Of a stretch of DNA of 64,000 nt, positions 41,166 to 52,014 are shown piece by piece. Origin of the DNA: a virus (taxonomy: Duplodnaviria > Caudoviricetes). Position numbers and translations under genes: made by a program. The first letter of the stretch is position 1; the number at the start of each line of letters is the position of its first letter. The notes beneath the pieces were generated by a model. It was given only the letters and a program-made list of their open reading frames with translations. It did not search any database and was not told the origin of the DNA. The stretch is taken from the IMG/VR virus record IMGVR_UViG_2595698668_000001, positions 32,001 through 96,000 of that record. One strand, given 5' to 3'.

Positions 41166-42158
41166 TTATACTTCATCAATCAATTCCTTACGACGTTGTT
41201 TGATTGCTTTACCAAGTTCTTTGCCTTGAAGTTCTGGGAAGTCCTTAGCACTTACAGATCGCCACAAATCGATGTGTTCTTGACAAATCGGTTGGTGCAT
41301 CAATGCATATTGAAGCTTCGGTGTGTCATGAGTTGCACCAGCATAATCGAGAACTTCGAACCGAGACCCAGAAAAATAGTACATCTCCGCTTCCATCCGT
41401 TGATATGAAGTAAGATGAAGTTTCTCATGAACCTTCAAATAACTATCAAAATCTTCACAGTAGTAGCAAAGGTCTGCAATAGTGCTGTCTGTATAGATCT
41501 TTCCATCTTTACTGAGGTTCTTAACAAATTCCCTATCGAACCCAAAGAATTCTACCACGTCGAGTTCCCGAAGTATACCCATGAACACATCAACATGACT
41601 CATATCTTCCATACACTTCATAAACTCAACGAATACCCTCTCTTTAGATACCATATCCAAAGCACCACCAACAATCATATCGGTTACTGCCTTTTCCGTT
41701 TCTGGTTCCATCTTGAATCCGTAGCGTCCAGCAAAACGAATTGCACGGAAAACACGAAGAGGATCATCACGAAACGCATATGGGTTTACCATACGAATCC
41801 GTTTCTTTCCAATATCTTGGATACCATTATAAGGATCGATATAAACAGAGTTTATGGGGTCATACGCGATAGCGTTCATGGTGAAATCTCGACGGTATAG
41901 GTCTTCTTCGATAGTTACATCTGGGTTGAAATCAACCTGAAAATCGTTGTACCCAATACCAGTTGATACCTCTGTACGAGCCAATGCGATCTCTTCACCA
42001 TCATCGTCAAGGTATACTGGGAAATGAGCACCGACACACTTATAACCAAGACCTTCCATTTCTTCTTTTGTGGAACCTACAACAACCCAATCACGGTCTT
42101 TGACCGGTTTCCCCATAATCTGGTCTCGAACTGCACCACCAACAAGATATTTTTCCAT
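41166..42158 (-). CDS. cca: tRNA nucleotidyltransferase (CCA-adding enzyme, class II)
   Basis: YLVGGAVRD, DRDWVV, ALARTE, DLYRRDFTMNAIA and F.DDPLRV.RA.RF motifs. Confidence 0.95.
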   Translation of the reverse strand: MEKYLVGGAVRDQIMGKPVKDRDWVVVGSTKEEMEGLGYKCVGAHFPVYLDDDGEEIALARTEVSTGIGYNDFQVDFNPDVTIEEDLYRRDFTMNAIAYDPINSVYIDPYNGIQDIGKKRIRMVNPYAFRDDPLRVFRAIRFAGRYGFKMEPETEKAVTDMIVGGALDMVSKERVFVEFMKCMEDMSHVDVFMGILRELDVVEFFGFDREFVKNLSKDGKIYTDSTIADLCYYCEDFDSYLKVHEKLHLTSYQRMEAEMYYFSGSRFEVLDYAGATHDTPKLQYALMHQPICQEHIDLWRSVSAKDFPELQGKELGKAIKQRRKELIDEV

Positions 42159-42169
42159 TTTATCTCCCC

Positions 42170-42397
42170 TTAGCGAACCATGGTTTTCATTTTCTTAACA
42201 ACCACTGTAGTCTGGGTGGAAGGACCACGACGACCAGTACGGGTGAGGGTCATCGGAGTTTTCTTTTCTACATTCACCGTAGCGGAACGACCCCAGCGAT
42301 TAGCGGAATCTTTACCGTTGTCGGTCATTTTACCGAAGGAAGCAGCACGAGCAGCGGAACGAGTACCAAATACGAATTGAACAGTCATAGTAGTCAT
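42170..42397 (-). CDS. Small basic early protein
   Basis: AGGAG RBS; promoter at 42443-42471. Confidence 0.75.
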   Translation of the reverse strand: MTTMTVQFVFGTRSAARAASFGKMTDNGKDSANRWGRSATVNVEKKTPMTLTRTGRRGPSTQTTVVVKKMKTMVR

Positions 42398-42442
42398 AAT
42401 AAATCTCCTAATGATTCGAATGTCTTTTCTGTCTACGGGATT

Positions 42443-42471
42443 AGTATCTCAAAACCAAACACGGATTGCAA
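42443..42471 (-). promoter_or_regulatory. Early sigma70-like promoter
   Basis: TTGCAA-N17-GATACT. Confidence 0.55.
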
Positions 42472-42768
42472 CAGGTTTTTCAATTCTTTTTCTTGGGCCA
42501 GAAAGGGGCCAAGTAAGCGAAATCAACAAAGTCTATTTCTACATGTTTGATATCAAAAACAAACAAGGTATTGATGTCCAAGAAAAGTTGATTTGCAGTC
42601 GAAATACTCACAGGGAAACCAAGAAGTTTATCAAGTTCATCCCTTTCTTTACTATTCACATAATTCAGATGGGCTTTGATAAACTGTTCGCGGGTAACAA
42701 CAACCTTCATAACGATTCTCCTTAGTTTGTATGGCCTATTTTACTTTGTTTTTTAATGATGTCAATAA

Positions 42769-42792
42769 CAAAAAGCCCCAATAAGGGGCTTT
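42769..42792 (-). terminator. Intrinsic terminator
   Basis: AAAGCCCC/GGGGCTTT stem with T-run after the 30.9-like gene. Confidence 0.75.
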
Positions 42793-42795
42793 CTT

Positions 42796-43011
42796 TTAAA
42801 ACTTGAATGTTGAAGCTTGGGTAGCTTCTTCACGAGTGCCGTGAGAAAGGGACTTGGAAGCAAACGCTTCTGCCTTCATAGCACGACGAACACGAGCCCG
42901 AAGTGCATCACCGAACTGATCAACACGACCGTTTGATTTGCGCTTATAACCCTGACGACCGGTCAGTTTCTTCTCTTCAACTTTTTGTACTGCTTTCTTT
43001 TGCTTTGCCAT
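42796..43011 (-). CDS. 30.9: T4 gp30.9-like basic protein
   Basis: MAKQ.KAV...GYKR.SN.R..Q pattern as recalled for T4 30.9; downstream of gene 31. Confidence 0.7.
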   Translation of the reverse strand: MAKQKKAVQKVEEKKLTGRQGYKRKSNGRVDQFGDALRARVRRAMKAEAFASKSLSHGTREEATQASTFKF

Positions 43012-43125
43012 TTTGTATTTCCTTTTTTAAATTTTCGATGATTTCTTTATCAATTTCTTCTGTCAAGATCTTTTGGTATTCTTCTGGATTTTCTTTAATC
43101 CATTGAAAGATGCAAGAAGTTTCCA

Positions 43126-43503
43126 TTATTCTTTATCTGTGTGAGTGTAAACACCGCGCACAGCCAGATGATGACAGGTAACATAGATGATATCTTTTCC
43201 GCTATCTTCTTTCAATTCTTTTCGAATTACACGAGGATCCCAGAATTTAGCAAAATTACCGGTAGTTGGTAGGGCAACCTCGGCACCAATCATTTCATTG
43301 AAATCTTTGGGGCAATTACCACCAACAGAGACGATGACACCATGGGTCGGGATACCACCTTGTTTGTTCTGGGTTGCTGTAGCAAGAACAATACCAGCAG
43401 ACGATTTTTCTTCTTCTCCCGCACGAGCGGCTTCACACCGCAGGATGAGATGATCACCCATCGCCTTAAATCCAAGTTTACTTTGGTCGATTTTTTGTTG
43501 CAT
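43126..43503 (-). CDS. 31: Co-chaperonin gp31 (GroES-like)
   Basis: KAMGDHLIL, mobile loop EEKSSAGIVL, G.IVSVG and CHH.AV motifs. Confidence 0.9.
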   Translation of the reverse strand: MQQKIDQSKLGFKAMGDHLILRCEAARAGEEEKSSAGIVLATATQNKQGGIPTHGVIVSVGGNCPKDFNEMIGAEVALPTTGNFAKFWDPRVIRKELKEDSGKDIIYVTCHHLAVRGVYTHTDKE

Positions 43504-43792
43504 TTCTTTTTCTCTTTTTATTGGTTTATATACAACGATTATATCATGTTATGGGTATCTATTTAATAATTTGTATGAGATTTCATTAAAATACCGTCTC
43601 ATCAAAAATAGGTCTTGATCGATAACCATATAATCTTTTGTATATGAATGACCCGTCCGACAAATATTTCTATGTTCTATTTCACTGATAACTAAGTTCA
43701 TTTTATGAAGGGTGGGTACACTTAGTACCTCACCTTCAAACATATCAACGAAATCATGATAACACAGTTCTCGACTTGGTTGAACTTCAATT

Positions 43793-44212
43793 TTAAACAT
43801 CAATATCAACCACACCCAAACTCATAGCTTCGATCATGTGATGAATATCACCCACAGTGGTAAATCCAACTTGGATCAAATTGCTAAGTTTGAATGTCCG
43901 AAATGCACCCTTATCCACATCAAAGAAACGAACAACATCCGGGTTTACTTTGCGAGGTTTGGATTCAGAACTACCTTCTGTAGGTTTACCAATCGCTTCT
44001 ACAATCACCTCTGTATCCAAAGTTGCTTGACCACTACGAATAGTACCATCAACCTTCTCAAAAACCAAATCTACCACCCCAGAATGAAGAACTTCCTCAA
44101 CAACAGATTTGAAGAAAACTTTCTGTACATCAGTTAGGTTTTCATAACTACGGGGCTCTTGTTCAACTAGAGCCTGACGCATAAAAGAATCACTCATTTT
44201 ATCATCTCTCAC
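43793..44212 (-). CDS. SH3/WYL-like beta-barrel protein (gp31.1-like)
   Basis: FEKVDGTIR...TL...FFDVDKGAFRTF motif, upstream of gene 31. Confidence 0.65.
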   Translation of the reverse strand: MRDDKMSDSFMRQALVEQEPRSYENLTDVQKVFFKSVVEEVLHSGVVDLVFEKVDGTIRSGQATLDTEVIVEAIGKPTEGSSESKPRKVNPDVVRFFDVDKGAFRTFKLSNLIQVGFTTVGDIHHMIEAMSLGVVDIDV

Positions 44213-44733
44213 TTTTGAATACGGCTTACTCGAACCGCATAATTGTTAAAATCAATTACATCACCACAATGGATCACTTCTATACCTTGATCCTCAAGTA
44301 CCTTTTCCCAACCATCGGGAGATTTACTATAACGGGTATGATAAATAACTTTCTTGATCCCTGCTGCTGCCATATGCTTTGCACAGTTAGAACACGGACT
44401 AAGAGACGTTACCAGAGTAGCACCATCAACCGACTGACCGGCACGAGCTGCATATAAAAGGGCATTCATTTCACTATGAACAACATGGATATTAGCCCAG
44501 TTACTATATTCCTCTTCGTGTTCTGGATAAAGACGCACCATTCCACGTTGGAATCCAGCCCATTTCATATTAATAGCATGTTCATCAGGATTAATGCCAC
44601 CCGCACGAGTACCATTATACCCGGTAGAAATAACCCGACCATCTTTAACGATAACGGTTCCAACCTTATGGCTAGGGCATTTACTTTCATTACTCACAGC
44701 CAATGCCATGGTAACCAGAGTTTTAATCTTCAT
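44209..44733 (-). CDS. cd: dCMP deaminase
   Basis: KVG..IVK.GR.ISTGYNG, HSEMNAL and SPCSNC motifs; start at ATG 44733. Confidence 0.95.
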   Translation of the reverse strand: MKIKTLVTMALAVSNESKCPSHKVGTVIVKDGRVISTGYNGTRAGGINPDEHAINMKWAGFQRGMVRLYPEHEEEYSNWANIHVVHSEMNALLYAARAGQSVDGATLVTSLSPCSNCAKHMAAAGIKKVIYHTRYSKSPDGWEKVLEDQGIEVIHCGDVIDFNNYAVRVSRIQK

Positions 44734-45302
44734 TAGTTGATATCCTTTTCTGGTGATTGATATTGTTGTCCATGACAATAATAAACCTTATCTTTATACT
44801 CATAAACGGTAAAGATTTGGATAGGTTGACCAAAAGGATCAACGACCGCAATCTCGAAAACCGTGTCTGATTTCTTCATAACCCCAACTCGAAGAGGGGG
44901 AGGTACTGAATTATCAAAACGTCGAATTAGTTCTTTAACATCGTTTTCAAAGCTCATATCAAAATTCTCACTTCTTATATTTTAGATCTTTGACTTCAAG
45001 CACACGAATGGTACTTCCAATCTGATACATCTTTCGGATTTCTTCTTGAGATAATGGTTTATAAACATCACCAAGAATTGGGCGTTTCTTAACCAATACC
45101 CCTTTCTCGATGGAAGTTTCCAAATAAGGAACAAATATATCTCGCTCGTAATCCTCGGCTTCTTTTTTTGACTTAAAGAGCAGAGCCTGTTCATTTTGAA
45201 AAATTAAATGTGTTTTTCCTGATTCGTCAGAAAATGTCAATGCAAACATGATTAATCTCCTATTTCACTGGTGATCATATCACATCGTTGACCACCATTT
45301 AA

Positions 45303-45854
45303 TTATTTACACGTTTCTGGGATCCCATAGACATACTCCATAGTCTCAATGAGACCTTTCAGATCCAAGGTTAATGACCTATGTTCTAGTGCGGGCGTAA
45401 CATACCGAACCGAAATATAATCTGATTCCCACAACATTCTATAAGATCCTGTACATCCATACAGTTCATCGTAAGAAAAAAGCTTCAACGCAATGGAAGA
45501 ATCCGAATTTCTTATTGTGGAAGCAACCCCTTTAAAACTTGAGTTCTGAGAACTATACGTTGCTTCGTTATCGCCAATAGAAACGGTTATAGGCGCTTTC
45601 GGGTGTATGTCCGTCTTCATGGTTGTCAGATTAAGATAAAATGCCCTATGGGCCTGTATAGAGCCTATATGAAGCATATACGGAAGGTCGATATCATCTT
45701 CGTAATCTGGATGTTGGAATGAACCAACCAAATGACGTTCTTTCAACGAAGCAGCATCATTTATGATGTGTTCTCTCCACACCCTCTGAGTATCTAAAAC
45801 CTCAGAATGTAACTGGAAAGAAACAACAAGACACCAAAGAAGATATTTTACCAT
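45303..45854 (-). CDS. Putative exported protein
   Basis: Signal-peptide-like MVKYLLWCLVVSFQLHS behind a GAGG RBS. Confidence 0.6.
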   Translation of the reverse strand: MVKYLLWCLVVSFQLHSEVLDTQRVWREHIINDAASLKERHLVGSFQHPDYEDDIDLPYMLHIGSIQAHRAFYLNLTTMKTDIHPKAPITVSIGDNEATYSSQNSSFKGVASTIRNSDSSIALKLFSYDELYGCTGSYRMLWESDYISVRYVTPALEHRSLTLDLKGLIETMEYVYGIPETCK

Positions 45855-46054
45855 ATTACCTCTTATAGATCTTGTGGTCTTCGGGGAGGTTAATAATTCC
45901 CCAAACACAAATGTTGTTCCAACAGGGGTGTCGTCTGAAATGAAACAGACGACCGTTTACATACTTGTATAATGCACCAAAATCATCAGTGTGGGTAGCC
46001 TGAGCTTTCAGGCGTTCCACTTTAGATTTTCTCTTTTTTGTAAACCAGTTCATA

Positions 46055-46972
46055 CTAAAAGTCTCCGGGTTGAACCTGAAAACATTCGATACCAAGGTCA
46101 CGCCACATTTTAACAACTTGATCTCGGTCATCAACGCAATGAGTTACGTTATAGTATGGTGCGATCTGTTCCCAGAAAAGTTCTTCTTTGATGATCTTGT
46201 CAGAACGTTGATCCCCCGGTTTACGTTGGATATGAACGTCGATAGGCATACCATGCTTAACACACCAGTCATAAGTATCCTGCATACATACACCGTCACG
46301 ACCAGAAGCAACGATGATAACATAACCACGATATTTCAGAAGTTGTGCATATTGGATAACAGTATGGCGCGGAGTATCTTCCTTAACACGAGACCAGTCA
46401 AACGGGTCACGATCATTCTTTTCAGCTACAGTACCATCAACGTCAAAGATAACTGCCATCGGAAGAGACTCATCAGGAGTATATGTTACCTTATATTCGA
46501 AGTCAACAACAATCCCGCCACCATAGTAATCAAAATGAGACCACTGGTCGTCAAATTGAGAAACCATACGTTCCAGAACAGAATCGTTTACAGACCAACC
46601 ACCACGAGTAGAGTTGCGGCGTTTCAGTTCTTCCATCGGAACAGGAAACCAAACCAGTGTTACACCATATCCCAGATCCTTAAGTTCTTTGATCATAACC
46701 TTGCGAAACTTTTCATTCAGGTTTGTATCAGAGATAACAATTTGTTTACCGGCCTCGTAAGCAGCCAGAACCTTGCGCCAGTTGACGTCAGTAACCAGAG
46801 CTTCACGATCTTTCCCGAAGTTATAACCTTTCCAGCTCTTGATCTGGAACAGGCTACGGCGAGTATCATCACGGTTGATATTAATCATCTTACCTTGTGA
46901 CTTTTTGACCATCATTTCAGCCCAAGTACTTTTTCCACTAGAACTAGCACCGATAGTGATATATGCTTTCAT
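46055..46972 (-). CDS. pseT: Polynucleotide 5'-kinase/3'-phosphatase
   Basis: GASSSGKST, NRDDTR, SDTNL (kinase); FDVDGT, SGRD, DDRDQVV and QVQPGDF (HAD phosphatase). Confidence 0.95.
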   Translation of the reverse strand: MKAYITIGASSSGKSTWAEMMVKKSQGKMININRDDTRRSLFQIKSWKGYNFGKDREALVTDVNWRKVLAAYEAGKQIVISDTNLNEKFRKVMIKELKDLGYGVTLVWFPVPMEELKRRNSTRGGWSVNDSVLERMVSQFDDQWSHFDYYGGGIVVDFEYKVTYTPDESLPMAVIFDVDGTVAEKNDRDPFDWSRVKEDTPRHTVIQYAQLLKYRGYVIIVASGRDGVCMQDTYDWCVKHGMPIDVHIQRKPGDQRSDKIIKEELFWEQIAPYYNVTHCVDDRDQVVKMWRDLGIECFQVQPGDF

Positions 46973-47175
46973 ATTTTTCCTTAATATTGTTTGATGATAA
47001 AACGGATACGATCTTTCATGGCGATCATTTCCCATCGCATCATATTTTTACCATGTTCAGAAATGTAATTCTCAAACATAATATTAGCTTCAATTGTATC
47101 AGATTGATAAACTTCCGCAACTTTCTGGCAGAAGTTTTCGGTATCTTGGTTTTTGAAAGGTTTCACAAAACTCTC

Positions 47176-47433
47176 CTATCTAAGTTGAGAATCTTTACTT
47201 CCACGACGATTATATAATGGTTTCATCTTTTTGTCTAGGTCACTTTGACATTTAACACAAAAATGAACAACCATTATTTTCCTTCTACCTTCTGGGATCC
47301 TAACTCCGCATTCTTCACAGAATTCAGAAGATACACCTTGATGAAGTTGGGAACGAGCAAAGTCAATTCCATTATTGATTGTGGATTCAATAGTTTCCAA
47401 ATGGTTATCACAACCACCAAACCCAACAGCCAT
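47176..47433 (-). CDS. TraR/DksA-type C4 zinc-finger protein
   Basis: C.ECG..IPE.RR.....CV.CQ and terminal NRRGSKDSQLR motif. Confidence 0.85.
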   Translation of the reverse strand: MAVGFGGCDNHLETIESTINNGIDFARSQLHQGVSSEFCEECGVRIPEGRRKIMVVHFCVKCQSDLDKKMKPLYNRRGSKDSQLR

Positions 47434-48156
47434 TACTTCACCTCTTCCAGAACGTTAAAGAGGAAACTTCCATAGTCTGTACCGAAGGTTTCGATACCCT
47501 CATCGCTCATCGCAAGAATATAATTTCCACGGTCCCCGAAGTTTGTCCACATCAGTTCGTCGAACCAAGCAACCCCAGCATCTTCATCAAAATCTGTACA
47601 GACAATGATATCGTTAAGACAATCCATGTGCTCAACAGCAACACCAAACATAGAAACGATTTTATAAGACTGACCGATTTTAAGTTTCATAATCATCTCC
47701 TTTTTGATTTATCTTTATTAAATCACATTACATTAATTTGGTCAACAACAAATTTTGGAACCATCACACGATAAATCTCAAAATCCTCAAGCGTGACGTC
47801 TCGAATGGTTTTGCCAAATGTAGACATCGGTTCTTCTGACAGGAAAGGGTAACCACGAAGAATAGAGCCTCGAAGAATACCAACAACTGTAGGTTGTTCT
47901 TCGTATATGTACCCAAGGGCATATTCGTTAACAACTACATACCGAACTTTACGGATCCCGTTATCATCATACCACTTAGCCATGTTTTATTCCTTATCAA
48001 AATCACCAGACAGAACTTTTGCAGCCAGAACACAGGAACCATACCACACAAGACCACCAATAGTAAGTACTGATATAGTAATTAGTTCGCTCATGTTTTC
48101 TAGTCTCCAAAAAGAAAAAGGTCTCATCCCGAAGGACAAGACCTATTATACTCATA

Positions 48157-48684
48157 TCACTGACGATAGCAACCACAAGATCGTAAAAACTTGATGTTTT
48201 TTGCGATCCGTTCGTAATACTCAATCCCATCAGCACTGTTTGGGTTGTATCCAGCGTTATAGCTTTTAACAACCATTTTCCAGTCGCCATTTCGGATTTT
48301 CTTCCAGTACTCAAGCTCCATAAGTGCATAGTTTGCGGAACTCTCCATACTGTTAATGAGTTCGGACCTTAGCTTTCGCTGTTGTTTCCAACCCATCTTA
48401 GCGCCAGTTAGCTGTTCAACTCGTTTAACTGTATATTTCAGGTTGTTCTGGAACACACCATAATCACCAGTACGATTGTTGATTAAAAATTTACCTGCAC
48501 GACTCTCGGTAAGAGCGATTGCAGCCAGTGTAAGCCCATAACCGGAAGACTCTCCCAGCTCATAAGCTCGCTGAATTGTATAAATCTGATTATCCGTTAG
48601 TTCACGGTTTTCATACATAACAGCATTTGCCGATATCGACGTTAGAAGTAGGAGGATCCCTACTAATATACTACCACTTTTCAT
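48157..48684 (-). CDS. vs.1: Lytic transglycosylase (SLT fold, T4 Vs.1-like) with signal peptide
   Basis: AIALTESRAG, DYGVFQNN and SYNAG motifs. Confidence 0.85.
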   Translation of the reverse strand: MKSGSILVGILLLLTSISANAVMYENRELTDNQIYTIQRAYELGESSGYGLTLAAIALTESRAGKFLINNRTGDYGVFQNNLKYTVKRVEQLTGAKMGWKQQRKLRSELINSMESSANYALMELEYWKKIRNGDWKMVVKSYNAGYNPNSADGIEYYERIAKNIKFLRSCGCYRQ

Positions 48685-49028
48685 CTTCGATCCTTTTTAG
48701 TGGAAGGGGTGAATTGTGGACTTTCTAACACTCATCTAAAAACAAGCAAAGCCCAAAGTATTATTTAGGGTTTATAAAGCATTGTCAAATTGTTTTACCA
48801 AACTCCAAATCCATTCAGGGCGAATTTCAGTGTGATACACGGATTTGATGTATGTTCTAAGAGCCTTTTGACGTTTCTCAGTAGTCTGGTTACGACCCCA
48901 GATCAGAAGACATTCACCAAGACATATAAGCTCCCGGTTGTTCAACTGGTGTCTTACATCTGAAAAAGCGTCTAAGACCTTGTTAGAATCTACTTGACAC
49001 ATGGTTAAATCCTTTTAGTTTCAAGTGC

Positions 49029-49129
49029 AATCAAAGTATAAAATCTCTATAAGTATTTATATAGAAGATCTATAATTAGAAAGTGTGAGCGAAGCGAACA
49101 GGCGGCTACGCCGTCTCACTACGTTCGAA
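49029..49129 (-). repeat. Structured element, copy 2 (inverted relative to 53-143), with TATAAATA on the minus strand at 49054-49061
   Basis: 44 bp exact identity plus shared GC-rich hairpin blocks. Confidence 0.9.
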
Positions 49130-49293
49130 CATCTTTTCACATTCTTTGTCAAAATCTCTATTTTTATTCTTATTTGTAATAAAATTGTATAAATTTGATT
49201 GACCTGTAATCCATTTTGTGGAAGAACGTAGTTTGTAACTATACACATAAAAATTACAAGGGCAGCCATGTAGTGAGAAATTTTTGGTGTTAG

Positions 49294-49809
49294 TCATTCT
49301 GCTTCCCCAGTCATCATAGCGACCTTTTCAATCACGCTTGCAGCCTTTTCGATGTTCAGACCTGAGATGATACAGTTGTTTTCACGTCCTGTTTCATATT
49401 TGACCTTCATCCCAGTATAACGAGCTACTTGATCACCGGTCATGTCTGGGTGATGGAAGCGAACGATAACGTCTGAATCCAGACTCTTACCAAGAACAAT
49501 ATAGAAGTGGATTTCGTTGAGGATGACGTTCGGCATGGTTTTGTTTTTCCACACCTTCGCATCAGTAAGAGAGTTTTGGAGAATGTCGATAGCCGCAGGA
49601 ACGAGGTCATTTAGTTCTGCTTCTCGTTGTGCTTTTTTGGCCTGACGTTCGAATTTTTTCAGACGATTTTCAACATCGATTTTCAGATCAAACAAGTTAC
49701 CAAGAATCGTACCGGAAGGCTTGTGAAGAAAATCACCAGAAAGTTTCATGGTAACTTCTTGTTCGTTCCAACCGTAGGCTTTGCAGAAATCAGCAGTGGT
49801 AAAGCTCAT
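49294..49809 (-). CDS. alc: Alc-like host transcription shut-off protein
   Basis: TT....AYG, N.T.PNV..N....YI and I.GL patterns match T4 Alc as recalled; similar length. Confidence 0.75.
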   Translation of the reverse strand: MSFTTADFCKAYGWNEQEVTMKLSGDFLHKPSGTILGNLFDLKIDVENRLKKFERQAKKAQREAELNDLVPAAIDILQNSLTDAKVWKNKTMPNVILNEIHFYIVLGKSLDSDVIVRFHHPDMTGDQVARYTGMKVKYETGRENNCIISGLNIEKAASVIEKVAMMTGEAE

Positions 49810-50469
49810 ATTATTTCTCTCTTTTGTTTTGATGTGGGTATAGTCTCATACCCACGAATTATAATCAATCATTATTTTGATTTTTTGCAAACTCTTTGAT
49901 CACATCAATATTGACACCAAAGTTGTATTGGTCTTTTAGATTGTCAAATTCACAATCAAAACCACGTTGGTTTGCTTGTTTGATGACTTCAACCAATACA
50001 AGGTTTTCATCAAACTCCATGGATGCAGGGACAACAGCAGAAATATAATCGCACACCATTGAGTATGAAACGGTTCCAATCAGAGAACGACGATTGAGCA
50101 TATCCCGAATTACAGCATTCAGTATTTCATCAACAATTTTATCGGTACTACGCTTATTCCGAATGGTGATCTCCGTCAGCAAATCTTTTGCGTCATACAT
50201 TTCCAACCTCCAATTCCAAAAAACCTTTCTCATCAAGGATCTTACATGCATCAATTACAACAACGTAGTCCATAGCACAACACACTGGTGTCCCATAAAC
50301 TGAACTGTAATAAACCACATCTTTCAATAGCCCCGGAAGGTTGTTTCCGTAGATATCTTTCAGCGGAGAACGGATTTTTCCTTGAAGATGAGGCTTACAT
50401 GCCAACATCAACCGATCCGCACAACGCCCTGCTTCGTTCCAACTTACATTTTTCATCAGATATTTCCTC

Positions 50470-51246
50470 TTATTTTCCAAACCACATTCTACACAGTTTA
50501 TACTGGTTTTCAACTGTTTCGAGACGACCTTTACCATAATCACGATTGAAAGAGCCCCAACGATTAGAACCACTTTCCCAGATTTTGATGGCCTTCTTTG
50601 TAGGTGCTCGCATCATAATTCCAGATGGAGCCATTACCTTTGATTCTTTTTTCGCGATGATTGTCTCACCTTCCAGATAATGGCCGTATCCGTCAGGGAT
50701 TGAGTCCATTACAGTTCCAGAAAGAAGATGTTCCTTCTTAATCTCAAAAGCCCCACCACCACAAGTAAACGGCTTGTCGTAATTTTTACCTTGAATGATC
50801 ATATGGGTGCTATTTGTAACAGTTACTTTACCATACCCCGGAACCATGTAAACAACACGTCCACGACCAGCAACTGGGAGACTATGACGGGATACACCAT
50901 CACAACCAAGAGATTTCGCAATCCGTTCCCACACACGATCATGGTTACTTTTACCACGAGTAACATAATCAACAAGGTGTGCAATTTCGTGAGGGATCGT
51001 GTTGTGGAAAATATGATTCCATTCCTTCATCCCTTGCACCATCAAATTGATGTTAATCTTGATAGTGTACTCTGTATCGCTCCATCCTTTATTGGTGTAA
51101 CTGGCGATACCTGCACAACGCCCTGTACATTCTTTAAACGTATACTTAAAACCAGCCATCTCTGGGTAGAGTGTCTTTGCAATTTCCACAACTTCCGCAA
51201 TCCGTTTCTCAACAATCACTCGGGCTTGGCTCTTAATCAAAGACAT
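50470..51246 (-). CDS. SprT-like zinc metalloprotease
   Basis: AG.A, TIPHEIAHL and H...W..IA..LG motifs. Confidence 0.85.
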   Translation of the reverse strand: MSLIKSQARVIVEKRIAEVVEIAKTLYPEMAGFKYTFKECTGRCAGIASYTNKGWSDTEYTIKININLMVQGMKEWNHIFHNTIPHEIAHLVDYVTRGKSNHDRVWERIAKSLGCDGVSRHSLPVAGRGRVVYMVPGYGKVTVTNSTHMIIQGKNYDKPFTCGGGAFEIKKEHLLSGTVMDSIPDGYGHYLEGETIIAKKESKVMAPSGIMMRAPTKKAIKIWESGSNRWGSFNRDYGKGRLETVENQYKLCRMWFGK

Positions 51247-51276
51247 CTCTATTTCCTCTCATCAGTTGATATGAGT

Positions 51277-51305
51277 ATACTACATCAAAATTTATACCGG
51301 ATCAA
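51277..51305 (-). promoter_or_regulatory. Early sigma70-like promoter
   Basis: TTGATC-N17-TAGTAT followed by ACTCATATCAACT and a GAGG RBS. Confidence 0.6.
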
Positions 51306-52014
51306 CAGTTTTATTTCCAAAAACGCTAGAAGGGTCAAAAATCTTTTTGTTGACCTCTTCTTTCAACTCGTCATACCCAACCCCAGTAACCCATTGACTC
51401 ATGGAATCGGTTGCAAATATGATAGAATCATCAATAAAATATTTGTAATGGGTGAAATCCATGTACATTTGTGATCTAGCAAGAGATATAATGAAATCAG
51501 CAAGAGTTTGTTTGTTCGCACAACCACTCATGACGAAAGCACTAATCACATTTCTATTTTGAGATTTGGATAGACGGTGATTCATCGGATCACCTTAACA
51601 ACACGAGGGTCATTGTAAATACTGAAATTACTTCCCTCTTGGTCTTCTCTCCAAGTCTTCAAGCAATCTTCACACTCGATATCATACCAATATGAATCAA
51701 ATCCATCCCAGTTTCCGGTATTGGAACCTAGTTTCAGGATAACAGCATTGTGTGGACATTTACACCGAAGTTCTTCTATTTGACTACGAAGTTCTTCAAT
51801 CTTCTTCAATTTTGCGATAATTTTTACTCGACTCATAGCAATTCCAGATCTGCATCAGAATGAATTTCAAACTCTTTATCACAGAAGTCACAAGTTGTAG
51901 TTTCCCCTCTCGGGTCTACACACCAACCATCCAGTTCCTTATTGCAATGTGGACAAACCACATAAACACCACACAACTTAACACCAATTTCAGTTACTTT
52001 CATTATATTTTCCT

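Noticed and set aside
46070-46900. 276 aa plus-strand ORF
   Set aside because: Antisense shadow of pseT
49106-49297. 63 aa ORF running into repeat copy 2
   Set aside because: Could be real (ATGA overlap with alc), but it is low-complexity, AT-rich and has no supporting motif
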